Shown: positions 7,549-16,458, counted from the stretch's first letter. The stretch is 32,000 nt of DNA from an uncultured Erysipelotrichaceae bacterium (GCA_964401865.1 CAYNZZ010000005.1:58848-90847), one strand, 5' to 3'. Notes: generated by a model not told the origin, from the letters alone. Translations and numbers: made by a program.

Positions 7549-10386
7549 ATGCAGAAAGATAAAATTGTAATACGTGGAGCGAGGTCAAATAACTTAAAGA
7601 ATATTGACATTGATTTGCCGCGCAATAAACTCATTGTAATGACCGGACTTTCGGGTTCTGGCAAAACCTCTTTAGCATTTGACACCATTTATGCCGAAGG
7701 GCAAAGACGATATGTCGAATCGCTTAGCAGCTATGCCAGACAGTTTTTAGGCGGAGTTGAAAAGCCAGATGTCGATTTGATTGAAGGTCTATCACCATCA
7801 ATAGCTATCGATCAGAAAACTACTAACAATAATCCGCGATCAACTGTTGGAACTATCACAGAAATATATGATTATTTAAGACTTCTTTATGCCAGAGTTG
7901 GTGAGGCTTATTGTCCGATTCATGGGAATAAGATTTCAGCTATGACAATAGGTGAAATGGTCAAACGAGCCACGAATATCGAAGAAGGACAACGCTATGA
8001 AATATTAGCTAATGTTATCATCGACCGCAAGGGTACTTTTAAGGAACTATTTGCTAAGTATAAAAAAGAAGGTTATCTTCGTCTATATGTTGATGGAACT
8101 TTATATTTAATTGACGAACTTCCAGAATTGGATAAAAATAAGCGTCATAATATTGATGTAGTGGTAGATAGAATTGTCGCTAAAAAAGGTATTGAGTCAA
8201 GAATTTATGATTCTATTGAGATTGCATTGGGATTGAGTGATGGAACTTGTATTTTAAAGGTTGGCGAAGAGAGAATATTATTATCTAGTAATTATGCTTG
8301 TCCAATTTGTGGCTTTACAGTTCCTAAATTAGAACCTAGACTATTTAGTTTTAATTCGCCTTTAGGAGCTTGTGATGAGTGCAAGGGCTTAGGCTTTACC
8401 CTTTCAGTAGATTTAGATTATTTAATGCCAGATAAATCATTATCAATCAATAATGGTGGTATCAGATATTATAAAAACTTAGTTAACACAACCAATATAG
8501 AGTGGCAGAATTTTTATGCTCTATGCAAACACTATAAAATACCTCTAGACAAGCCATTAAATAAAATGACTGATAAACAAATGGATATTATTTTATATGG
8601 TTCAAAGGAAGAAATAAAATATGAAATAGTGAGCAGTAGTGGTAATAAGTATTCTAAGAACACTTATATCGAAGGAGTAAAGACACTAATCGAACGCCGT
8701 TTTGAAGAAACGACTTCCAGTATGGCTAAAGATTACTATCGCTCATATATGTATGAAAGTGAATGTAAAAAGTGTCATGGAGCTAGATTAAATAATCAGG
8801 TTTTATCTGTTAAAGTAGGCGATAAAAACATTCATGAATTCACTCAGATGTCTATAATCAAGGCGTATGAGTGGTTAGATAAATTAGTTCTCGATGAAAG
8901 TAAAAAAGAGATTGCTAAACTATTGCTAGTAGAGCTTAAATCTAGACTCAAGTTTTTGATTGATGTAGGGTTAGACTATTTAACCATTGATCGTATGGCT
9001 TCAACTTTGTCTGGTGGCGAAGCGCAAAGAATTAGATTGGCAACTCAAATCGGTTCGACTTTAACCGGTGTTTTATATGTTTTAGATGAACCATCTATCG
9101 GTTTACATCAAAGGGATAACAGCAAACTCATCAATACATTAAAAAGAATGCGTGATTTAGGCAATACTTTAATCGTAGTAGAACATGATGCTGAAACGAT
9201 GATGGAAAGTGATTATATTGTCGATATTGGACCAGGAGCTGGTAAGGAGGGCGGAAGAGTGATGGCTTTTGGCACTCCTTTAGAAGTTATGAATAATCCC
9301 GATAGCATTACTGGTTTATATCTTTCTAATAAGAAGTTTATTCCTGTTCCACAAAGTTCAAGGGCAGGAAATGGGAAATTTATCAAGATATATGGGGCCA
9401 GTGAGAATAATCTAAAGGATATTGATGTTACAATCCCGCTTGGCAAGATGATATGTGTTACTGGTGTTAGCGGAAGTGGCAAATCAACGTTAGTTAATGA
9501 AATACTGACTAAGGCTGTCATGCAGTCATTAAATAGAGTCAGAGTAAAGCCAGGCAAGTTTGAACATATTGAAGGCTTGGAGAATATCGACAAGATTGTT
9601 GCGATATCTCAAGATCCGATTGGTCGTACACCTAGATCGAATCCGGCTACTTACACTGGTGTTTTTGATGATATACGCGATTTGTTTGCGCTGAGCCCAG
9701 ACGCTAAACAAAGAGGATATGATAAGGGCCGTTTTTCATTTAATGTAAAGGGCGGACGATGTGAAGCTTGTGGCGGTGATGGTGTTAAGAGAATATCTAT
9801 GTTATTTGTGCCGGATGTCTATGTCGAGTGCGAACAGTGTCATGGTCGAAGATATAATGATGAAACATTACAGGTAAAATATAAAGACAAAAATATTTAT
9901 GATGTTTTGAAAATGAATGTTAAAGAAGCTTTGGAATTCTTTAAAAATGTGCCAAAAATCAAAGACAAGTTGCAAGTGCTATATGATGTCGGATTATCTT
10001 ATATTGAACTTGGACAAAGTGCTACTACTTTATCAGGAGGCGAAGCTCAAAGGGTAAAGTTAGCAAGCGAACTGCAAAAGAAAGCCACTGGAAAAACTTT
10101 ATATGTCTTAGATGAACCGACTACTGGTTTACACACTGATGATGTCGCAAAACTAATAAAGATAATCGATCGCATTGTTGATAATGGTGATACTGTTTTA
10201 GTTATCGAACATAATTTAGATGTTATTAAATGTGCTGATCATATTATTGATTTAGGTCCTGAAGGCGGCGAAAAGGGTGGCAATATTGTGGCTAGCGGAA
10301 CACCAAAAGAAGTATCTCTGGTAAAGGACAGTTATACTGGTCAATATTTAAAAACTATTTTAGGAGGTCAAAATGAGTCAAAGTGA
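7549..10386 (+). CDS. uvrA: Excinuclease ABC subunit A
   Basis: 945 aa. Two ABC modules (GLSGSGKTSLAFDT, GVSGSGKSTLV), two LSGGE signatures, and zinc-finger modules CPICG...CDEC and CEACGG...CEQCHG. Confidence 0.97.
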   Translation: MQKDKIVIRGARSNNLKNIDIDLPRNKLIVMTGLSGSGKTSLAFDTIYAEGQRRYVESLSSYARQFLGGVEKPDVDLIEGLSPSIAIDQKTTNNNPRSTVGTITEIYDYLRLLYARVGEAYCPIHGNKISAMTIGEMVKRATNIEEGQRYEILANVIIDRKGTFKELFAKYKKEGYLRLYVDGTLYLIDELPELDKNKRHNIDVVVDRIVAKKGIESRIYDSIEIALGLSDGTCILKVGEERILLSSNYACPICGFTVPKLEPRLFSFNSPLGACDECKGLGFTLSVDLDYLMPDKSLSINNGGIRYYKNLVNTTNIEWQNFYALCKHYKIPLDKPLNKMTDKQMDIILYGSKEEIKYEIVSSSGNKYSKNTYIEGVKTLIERRFEETTSSMAKDYYRSYMYESECKKCHGARLNNQVLSVKVGDKNIHEFTQMSIIKAYEWLDKLVLDESKKEIAKLLLVELKSRLKFLIDVGLDYLTIDRMASTLSGGEAQRIRLATQIGSTLTGVLYVLDEPSIGLHQRDNSKLINTLKRMRDLGNTLIVVEHDAETMMESDYIVDIGPGAGKEGGRVMAFGTPLEVMNNPDSITGLYLSNKKFIPVPQSSRAGNGKFIKIYGASENNLKDIDVTIPLGKMICVTGVSGSGKSTLVNEILTKAVMQSLNRVRVKPGKFEHIEGLENIDKIVAISQDPIGRTPRSNPATYTGVFDDIRDLFALSPDAKQRGYDKGRFSFNVKGGRCEACGGDGVKRISMLFVPDVYVECEQCHGRRYNDETLQVKYKDKNIYDVLKMNVKEALEFFKNVPKIKDKLQVLYDVGLSYIELGQSATTLSGGEAQRVKLASELQKKATGKTLYVLDEPTTGLHTDDVAKLIKIIDRIVDNGDTVLVIEHNLDVIKCADHIIDLGPEGGEKGGNIVASGTPKEVSLVKDSYTGQYLKTILGGQNESK

Positions 10387-11326
10387 TGAATTGCAAGGAC
10401 GAGTTTATGTTCATGAATTAAAAAACTACTTTCACTTTCGCCAGATAACTGGAAATGAAGAAAGTTTAAACCGTTGGATTATTGCTCCTGATATCAATAG
10501 ACCAGGTATGGAGCTTTCTGGCTTTACTATTCAAAACGACTTAAAACGTGTCGTATTGATGGGCAATAAAGAAATCACCTACTTAAATGCGATGTCAGAA
10601 GAAAAAAAGAATATCTGTTTTGATATAATTACCGATCCTTATACTCCGTGTATTATTTTTTCTCGAAATAATGAAATTCCTCAGAATTTAATCAATATCG
10701 CTAATCAGAAGAATTTTCCTATTTTTCAAACCGAAGAAAAAACTTATCGTGTATTGATTGATGTCGTATCTTTTTTAGAGCGTAAACTTGCAAAGTCGGA
10801 AACATTACATGGTGTTATGCTTTCAATATTTGGCATCGGTGTTTTGCTGACAGGTCAAAGTGGCATTGGTAAATCAGAACTGGCTTTAGAATTAATTAGT
10901 CGTGGGCATAGCTTGATTAGTGATGATAGAGTAGATATCATTCGTGCTCATAATGATTTGGTCTGCTTTGCACCTGATGTTATTAAAGGGATGTTAGAAA
11001 TTCGAGGTATTGGCATCGTTGATGTCGCGTTGATGTATGGGGCAGCCAGTGTCCTTGATTACGGTAGCCTTGATTTGGTTATTTCCTTACAGGCTTTTGA
11101 TGAAAATAAAGAATATAATCGCTTAGGAGCCAGAAATATGAAGTTTGAGAAGTTTGGCTTAGAAAAACCTTTACTGGAAATCCCTATCCGTGCTGGTCGT
11201 GCAATGTCTGTTATCGTTGAAGCGGCGGTAAAAAATCAACGTTTGCGCGAAAAAGGTATTGATAGTGGTTGGGAATTAAGACAAAGAGTATTAGAAGATA
11301 TTCAAAAGAAAGCGGGGCAACAATGA
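10373..11326 (+). CDS. hprK: HPr kinase/phosphorylase
   Basis: Walker A GQSGIGKSELALEL, then SDDRV and LEIRGIGIVDV motifs. GGAGG lies 5 nt upstream. It overlaps the uvrA end by 14 nt and ends in an ATGA overlap with the next gene. Confidence 0.93.
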   Translation: MSQSDELQGRVYVHELKNYFHFRQITGNEESLNRWIIAPDINRPGMELSGFTIQNDLKRVVLMGNKEITYLNAMSEEKKNICFDIITDPYTPCIIFSRNNEIPQNLINIANQKNFPIFQTEEKTYRVLIDVVSFLERKLAKSETLHGVMLSIFGIGVLLTGQSGIGKSELALELISRGHSLISDDRVDIIRAHNDLVCFAPDVIKGMLEIRGIGIVDVALMYGAASVLDYGSLDLVISLQAFDENKEYNRLGARNMKFEKFGLEKPLLEIPIRAGRAMSVIVEAAVKNQRLREKGIDSGWELRQRVLEDIQKKAGQQ

Positions 11327-12774
11327 AATTTTTTCCAAATTCAAAAACATTTTTAAGTGTTGGCAGCTTCAGTATTCAATGGTATGCAGTACTGATTTTA
11401 ACTGGCGCTATATTGGCATATATTTTGTGCAAAAGAAATACTCGTAAAATGAAATATCCCGATGAAATCATCGACGATTTCTTTATTGATGTATTATGGA
11501 TTGGGATCATTGGTGCACGTATATGGTATGTTTTATTTTCTGATTTATCATATTATCTAGCGGATCCCATTCGTATCTTTAAAATATGGGAAGGTGGATT
11601 AGCTATTCACGGTGGAGTTATCGCTGGTATTTTATATAGCTTATATTTTACTAAAAAAAGAGGAATTTCTTTTTACCGTTTGGCAGATGCCGTATTGCCT
11701 AATGTATTGCTTGCCCAAGCGATAGGAAGATGGGGGAATTTCGTCAATCAAGAAGCACATGGTCCAATGGTTGATGAGAGTTTCTATAATGGAATTTTAA
11801 GCTTTTTAAAAGAAGGCATGTGTATCAATGGTGTGTATTATGAACCAACTTTCTTCTATGAGAGCGTGATGAATATCATTGGTTTCTTGTTGATAATTTT
11901 GGTGTTGAAAAGATTTCAAAATAAACGTGGCGATTTAGCATATGCGTATCTGATGTGGTATGGAGCTGTTCGCATTTTTATTGAAAGTCTTAGGACTGAT
12001 GCACTGTATATCGGACCATTTAAAATTGCTCAGCTAACATCGCTTGTTTATATAGTGATAGGTGTTTTAGGTTATCTTGGAATTATCGACAAGCTATTTC
12101 ATATTAAGAAAAGAAAACCTACAATGCTGTTTGATTTAGATGGAACTTTACTTGACACTGAAAAAGGTATTCATGAAAGTTATAAATATGTTTTTAATAA
12201 ATATGGGGTTGAGTTTACTGAAGAAATGGAAATTGAGGTTTTAGGACCTTCACTTATGCATATATTTGAAAAGTATATTCCAAGTGTTGACACAAATATT
12301 TTGGTTGAAGAATATCGCAATCATAATAAAAAGATATTTTCTTCGGTCAATAAACCTATGGATAATGCCGGTATGATTTTAAAAACTTTGAAAGAAAATG
12401 GTTACCACGTCGGTGTTGTTTCTACTAAGATGCACGATACAGTTGAAGATAACTTAAAGCTATATGATTTAAATCAATATGTCGATGACATTATCGGTCG
12501 TGAAGATGTGGTAATGGATAAGCCAAATCCTGAAGGTATCAACAAAATTTTGAAAAAGAATTGTTGGCTAAGAGATGAACTTATCTATGTTGGGGATAGT
12601 TATACCGATGTTGAGGCAGGTAAAAATGCCGGAGCTTATACTGTTGCTTACTATTTCAATCCATTAAAGAAAGATAAGCTGAAAGCCGCTGGTGCTGATG
12701 AATATATTGATGATTTAAAAGATATCCTGCCAATTGTTGAAAAACCTATTCACTTTACTTATAACCAAAAATAG
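11323..12774 (+). CDS. lgt: Prolipoprotein diacylglyceryl transferase fused in frame to a PpaX-like HAD phosphatase
   Basis: The Lgt part (11323 to ~12120) carries WEGGLAIHGG and GRWGNFVNQEAHG. With no intervening stop, a HAD domain follows from 12124 (MLFDLDGTLLDTE, VSTK, GDSYTDVEAGKNAG). The tracked ORF start at 11269 lies inside hprK; the ATG at 11323 overlaps the hprK stop. Confidence 0.85.
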   Translation: MKFFPNSKTFLSVGSFSIQWYAVLILTGAILAYILCKRNTRKMKYPDEIIDDFFIDVLWIGIIGARIWYVLFSDLSYYLADPIRIFKIWEGGLAIHGGVIAGILYSLYFTKKRGISFYRLADAVLPNVLLAQAIGRWGNFVNQEAHGPMVDESFYNGILSFLKEGMCINGVYYEPTFFYESVMNIIGFLLIILVLKRFQNKRGDLAYAYLMWYGAVRIFIESLRTDALYIGPFKIAQLTSLVYIVIGVLGYLGIIDKLFHIKKRKPTMLFDLDGTLLDTEKGIHESYKYVFNKYGVEFTEEMEIEVLGPSLMHIFEKYIPSVDTNILVEEYRNHNKKIFSSVNKPMDNAGMILKTLKENGYHVGVVSTKMHDTVEDNLKLYDLNQYVDDIIGREDVVMDKPNPEGINKILKKNCWLRDELIYVGDSYTDVEAGKNAGAYTVAYYFNPLKKDKLKAAGADEYIDDLKDILPIVEKPIHFTYNQK

Positions 12775-12777
12775 AAA

Positions 12778-12820
12778 AAAGATGTAGCTAAGACATAAGT
12801 ACAAAGCTACATCTTTTAAT
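12778..12820 (+). terminator. Intrinsic terminator ending the uvrA-hprK-lgt transcription unit
   Basis: GATGTAGCT (12781-12789) pairs with AGCTACATC (12805-12813) and is followed by TTTTAATTTT. Confidence 0.75.
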
Positions 12821-12831
12821 TTTATAGGGCA

Positions 12832-12854
12832 TAAAAAAACACCAACACTGGTGT
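12832..12854 (-). terminator. Intrinsic terminator downstream of tRNA-Lys (minus strand)
   Basis: ACACCA (12839-12844) pairs with TGGTGT (12849-12854). On the minus strand the hairpin is followed by a T7 run (complement of the 12833-12839 A-run). Confidence 0.7.
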
Positions 12855-12866
12855 TATATATTCAAA

Positions 12867-12942
12867 TGGTGATCCCCTAGGGATTCGAACCCTAGACCCT
12901 CTGATTAAGAGTCAGATGCTCTACCAACTGAGCTAGGGGATC
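12867..12942 (-). tRNA. tRNA-Lys (anticodon CUU), CCA encoded
   Basis: The reverse complement reads GATCCCCTAGCTCAGTTGGTAGAGCATCTGACTCTTAATCAGAGGGTCTAGGGTTCGAATCCCTAGGGGATCACCA. It has a full cloverleaf and an anticodon loop CT-CTT-AA. Confidence 0.93.
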
Positions 12943-12954
12943 AGTTGCTAAATC

Positions 12955-12983
12955 ATTTTAGCACAATAAAATATTTAAAGCAA
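12955..12983 (-). promoter_or_regulatory. Promoter candidate for tRNA-Lys
   Basis: Minus strand: TTGCTT, 17 nt, TAAAAT, then GATTTAGCAACT immediately before the tRNA 5' end. Confidence 0.5.
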
Positions 12984-12984
12984 T

Positions 12985-13006
12985 AAAAAACTCGTCATAA
13001 GACGAG
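12985..13006 (-). terminator. Intrinsic terminator between tRNA-Glu and tRNA-Lys
   Basis: CTCGTC (12991-12996) pairs with GACGAG (13001-13006). On the minus strand the hairpin is followed by TTTTTT. Confidence 0.6.
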
Positions 13007-13017
13007 AAATTTACAAA

Positions 13018-13094
13018 TGGTGACTTGTACGGGATTCGAACCCGTGAATGCCGCCGTGAAAGGGCGGTGTGTTAAGCCGCTTCACCAACAAGCC
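13018..13094 (-). tRNA. tRNA-Glu (anticodon UUC), CCA encoded
   Basis: The reverse complement reads GGCTTGTTGGTGAAGCGGCTTAACACACCGCCCTTTCACGGCGGCATTCACGGGTTCGAATCCCGTACAAGTCACCA. The acceptor stem pairs with one G-U, and the anticodon loop is CT-TTC-AC. Confidence 0.9.
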
Positions 13095-13101
13095 ATCATA
13101 A

Positions 13102-13177
13102 TGGCGCCTAAAACAGGGCTCGAACCTGTGACCTAACGGTTAACAGCCGTTTGCTCTGCCAACTGAGCTATTTAGGC
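13102..13177 (-). tRNA. tRNA-Asn (anticodon GUU), CCA encoded
   Basis: The reverse complement reads GCCTAAATAGCTCAGTTGGCAGAGCAAACGGCTGTTAACCGTTAGGTCACAGGTTCGAGCCCTGTTTTAGGCGCCA, with anticodon loop CT-GTT-AA. Confidence 0.92.
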
Positions 13178-13188
13178 GTTGCTAAATT

Positions 13189-13217
13189 ATATTAGCATAA
13201 GCATTTTTATAATGCAA
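13189..13217 (-). promoter_or_regulatory. Promoter candidate for the tRNA-Asn/Glu unit
   Basis: Minus strand: TTGCAT (complement of 13212-13217), 17 nt, TAATAT (complement of 13189-13194), then AATTTAGCAAC before the tRNA-Asn 5' end. Confidence 0.55.
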
Positions 13218-13559
13218 GTGTTTTTTAGAAAATACTTTATTTAGGATATATTAGTTTAATAACATGAAAGCACCGCAAGAGAATAATAGACAGATAATAA
13301 TTATAACGATAGTTAGATTAAGAAAACTATTCATTCAATTACATGGATAAGCAAATTTATTGAAGAAAGTTTATTAATGCTTAAATTGTACATATTAAAT
13401 TATATGAAATAGTTTTTTAATATAAGGTATTTTTAATTCGGGGGATATTAAGTATATCTCCTTTATTTATAAGGTTTTCAGCCTTTATTGGTATTGGTAT
13501 ATATGGTAAATATGAATATAAGTATGCGTAGAGTCATATTTTTAAAGGTAATTTTTTCC

Positions 13560-15677
13560 ATGGCTACAACGGATGAATTGATAAAACAATTAAGAGATAG
13601 GGCTAAATCAGGCAAAAGAGGATCTAAAACTGCTGCGAAAGCCTTTGTAAAGGATGCTAAGCCTTTGACCGCTGAATTATGTGGCATTGAAGTTAAGTGT
13701 CCTAAATGCGGTTCTGACAATTATGTCAAAGATGGTGAAGGAAGATTTAAGTGTAAGGACTGTGGTAAGAAATTCAGATCTGCTTCTGGCTCTCTTTTAT
13801 CTGGATATGATTTCACTTTTGATGAATGGCTCAAAATAATTGATTGCGTATTATCAGGTAGAGAAAATTCTAAGTTTACTGGTGCTGTTAAATATTCTAT
13901 GAGTGCCAAGAAGGCCTGGCTTTTAAGAATGAAGATATTGAGTTCATTCTCAAGAATGCCTCAACCTGTTTTAAGCGGTATTGTTCAGGTGGATGGCACA
14001 TACTTTAGAGAAAGCCAAAAAGGATCAAGAAGCCTTAAATCCTTTGTAGGAGAAAACTATATCCGCAATCCTCGATATACTCATGAGCCATCTGTTACAG
14101 GTGCTAAAGGTCAGAAGTTTGTGTGTTGTGTTACAGGCATTGATAATTCAGGACATGTCTTTGCTAAATGTATGAGTTATGGAATGCCTGACTATGATGA
14201 CTTTGTAAAACTGTTAGACCAGCAGATTCAAACACCGCTTTATATAAGCTCAGATAATCTTGATTACTATGAAAGATATTGTGATGAGAAATGCTATCAG
14301 CACTATATAGAACCATCAACCTTCAAAAATGAGAAACTGTTTTATGGTTTTGTTGTCCAAAATGATAAATATCATCCATTACCATTAACTGATAAAGAAC
14401 TAAAGAATAACCAGAAAGTCCTTGAAACCATGTATTATGAGCGTTCAGGACCACATATAAGAAATGCTGGCAATATGACTTATGATGCCTTTAAACAGAT
14501 CGTTGATGGCTTAGGTCAAAAGTATTTCGGTCTTGAAAGAGTAAACCAGTTCCATGGAGATTTAAAAACTCTGGTCAATACTTCAGGGTGTGTTTCTTCT
14601 CGATACCTACAAGGATATGTATCAATGATGGCTTACATCAGAAACTTCAAGGTTGATAATGGCCATATTATCGGAACAGATTTAAATGATTACGAGGTAG
14701 TCTTTAAGGATATCTTGAAATACTACGATTATGACTACTTCAAAAATGAGTTCATGGCTGATAAAAGAAATATCGAATTAAGAGGCAGACTGAACCACGA
14801 AAAGGAAAAAGCTATTAAAAAGGCAACTGGCCTATACTCAATAAACAAAGATGCTTTTGACAGTAATAGTGTTCAGGAGATGCCCGACATCTTTAATAAA
14901 AGAAGATGCTTCAGAGAAATGAAACCACATCGTATCAACTACCTTTGTGATTATTTCAAAATAGATACCAACATCCCGAAAACCAAAAAGTGTGATGCTT
15001 TAGCTAATCTTCCTAATGCCGATGAAATAATCTTCAGAGAGATCAAACTGCTCTACTTTGCAGAAGAAGATGAGGTCTTGGAAGCTATTAAAGATGGTTT
15101 TCTTGAAAACCCCGACAAGAAAAGAGTTGGAAGACCTAAGGGCATAAAGAAAAATCTCACCCTGACGGATGAGGAGTTAAATAGACTTAAAGGCCTTAAG
15201 AAAGCTGTATTTGATATTGAGACAACAGGTCTTGATAAAAACAATGATGAAATACTATCATTATCGATTATTGATGGTGATGGGAATGTACTGTTTGATA
15301 AACTGTTCAAACCACTACACAGAAAGAAATGGACAAGAGCGGCACAGGTAAACAACATCACATATGATCAGGCAGATAAGGAAAAGCCTTTCTCTTTCTA
15401 CAAAGACAAGATCCAGAAGATCTTTGACGAAGCTGAGCTTCTTATTGCCTACAATAATCCTTTTGATGTCTCTTTCTTGGAAGTTAACGGTATAGACCTT
15501 TCCGGCAAGGAACAATTTGATGTCATGGCCAAGTTCGGCGAAATACTTAAAGATGGTAGAAAACACAAATTAGCCTATTGTGCTGACTGGTATCGATTCA
15601 ATTGGCAAGAAGATCAACACACATCATTAGGAGATGTTAAGGCCACTTTGTATTGTTTTAATGAGATGGTCAAATAG
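13560..15677 (+). CDS. Fusion protein: IS1595-type (ISXO2-like) zinc-ribbon/DDNK transposase domain plus C-terminal DEDDh (DnaQ-like) 3'-5' exonuclease
   Basis: Zinc ribbon CPKC-x14-CKDCGKKF (13698-13763), followed by SGSLLSGYDFTFDEWLKII. DDE-like core: VQVDGTYF (D at 13992), YISSDNLDYY (D at 14253) and ERVNQFHGDLK (N, then K at +7). Linker KKRVGRPKGIKK (15117-15152). Exonuclease motifs: FDIETTG, AYNNPFDVSFL and HTSLGDVKAT. The start is taken at the Met of MATTDELIKQL; the tracked ORF starts at 13488. Confidence 0.75.
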   Translation: MATTDELIKQLRDRAKSGKRGSKTAAKAFVKDAKPLTAELCGIEVKCPKCGSDNYVKDGEGRFKCKDCGKKFRSASGSLLSGYDFTFDEWLKIIDCVLSGRENSKFTGAVKYSMSAKKAWLLRMKILSSFSRMPQPVLSGIVQVDGTYFRESQKGSRSLKSFVGENYIRNPRYTHEPSVTGAKGQKFVCCVTGIDNSGHVFAKCMSYGMPDYDDFVKLLDQQIQTPLYISSDNLDYYERYCDEKCYQHYIEPSTFKNEKLFYGFVVQNDKYHPLPLTDKELKNNQKVLETMYYERSGPHIRNAGNMTYDAFKQIVDGLGQKYFGLERVNQFHGDLKTLVNTSGCVSSRYLQGYVSMMAYIRNFKVDNGHIIGTDLNDYEVVFKDILKYYDYDYFKNEFMADKRNIELRGRLNHEKEKAIKKATGLYSINKDAFDSNSVQEMPDIFNKRRCFREMKPHRINYLCDYFKIDTNIPKTKKCDALANLPNADEIIFREIKLLYFAEEDEVLEAIKDGFLENPDKKRVGRPKGIKKNLTLTDEELNRLKGLKKAVFDIETTGLDKNNDEILSLSIIDGDGNVLFDKLFKPLHRKKWTRAAQVNNITYDQADKEKPFSFYKDKIQKIFDEAELLIAYNNPFDVSFLEVNGIDLSGKEQFDVMAKFGEILKDGRKHKLAYCADWYRFNWQEDQHTSLGDVKATLYCFNEMVK

Positions 15678-15871
15678 TTCTAAGATAAATAGACTATAGA
15701 CAAAACTTATATAATATTATTGAGAGATAAATTTTAATTTTATTCGTTAACAGGTATGTGAAAAATGCTTGTAAAAAGCTTTGGACATTGCCAAAAGGGG
15801 CCATTGTCAAACCACTTTGATAGCGAAATGAACAGACTTTGATTAGGATATGCTTACAAGGAGGTGACGAG

Positions 15872-16458
15872 ATGGAACTCGGAAAGCGAATTAGGAAATA
15901 TCGTCAGGAAGCATAATTATCTCAAGAGGATCTTTCAAGTCGAGTTTACGTATCCAGACAGACAATCTCAAATTGGGAGAATGATAAGAGTTATCCGGAT
16001 GTAAGCAGCTTGGTTTTGCTGAGTGAAATCTTTCAAATCTCACTTGATGAACTGATTAAAGGAGATATTGAAACTATGAAAGAGGTTATCAAAAAAGAAG
16101 AAATCGAAAAAATGAATCGCTATGGAGTTATTTATACCTTGCTGTTAATAGCGACAGTTGTGTTGGCAGTTCCACTGTTCATGTGGCTTGGTCATTGGGC
16201 AATGATTCCATGGGGAATGATTTTTGCTTGCGCAATGGTTTATGCTTTTAAAATCGAAAAAGTGAAGAAAGGTAATGATGTGCATACATACAGAGAAATT
16301 GTCGCCTTCTCAGAAGGTAAACTGCTGGATGACATTCAAAAACAGCGTGAGATTGGCAAGCGCCCTTATCAGAGGTTACTTTGGTGGTTGGCTGCGCTGT
16401 AATATCTTTTGTGGCGTGTGTTCTCATCGGTCTTATAATGAATCTCTTTTTAAACTAA
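15872..16458 (+). pseudogene. XRE-family HTH regulator with C-terminal membrane segments, disrupted by a nonsense codon and a probable frameshift
   Basis: AAGGAGGTG RBS, then the ATG at 15872. Translation: MELGKRIRKYRQEA-TAA(15914-15916)-LSQEDLSSRVYVSRQTISNWENDKSYPDVSSLVLLSEIFQISLDELIKGD, a canonical HTH_3 domain. It is in the same frame as tracked ORF 16010..16402. After ~16370 a different frame encodes a clean TM helix (VTLVVGCAVISFVACVLIGLIMNLFLN, ending at 16458), which suggests a 1-nt indel. Confidence 0.7.

Noticed and set aside
9213-9711. Minus-strand ORFs (126 aa and 60 aa) inside uvrA
   Set aside because: They lie entirely antisense to a strongly supported uvrA coding region, have low-complexity unprotein-like sequence and no RBS. 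They are shadow ORFs.
13478-13909. Minus-strand ORFs of 80 aa and 62 aa overlapping the start of the transposase-exonuclease gene
   Set aside because: They are antisense shadows of a well-supported plus-strand ORF, with no motifs and no RBS.
15053-15566. Minus-strand ORFs of 102 aa and 83 aa in the 3' part of the transposase-exonuclease gene
   Set aside because: They are antisense to the region encoding the intact exonuclease motifs. Their Ser/Leu/Phe-rich composition is typical of a reverse frame.
15790-15825. Imperfect palindrome TTTGGACATTGCC..GGCCATTGTCAAA upstream of the XRE pseudogene as an operator
   Set aside because: The half-sites do not align as true reverse complements (GGACATT against GACAATG). 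This is too weak to call.
13241-15851. 9-bp direct repeat TTAGGATAT (13241-13249 and 15843-15851) as a possible target-site duplication flanking an IS carrying only the transposase-exonuclease gene
   Set aside because: The sequences just inside the two copies show no inverted-repeat relationship (about 8 of 18 matches). A 9-mer match between two AT-rich windows of this size is expected by chance about once.
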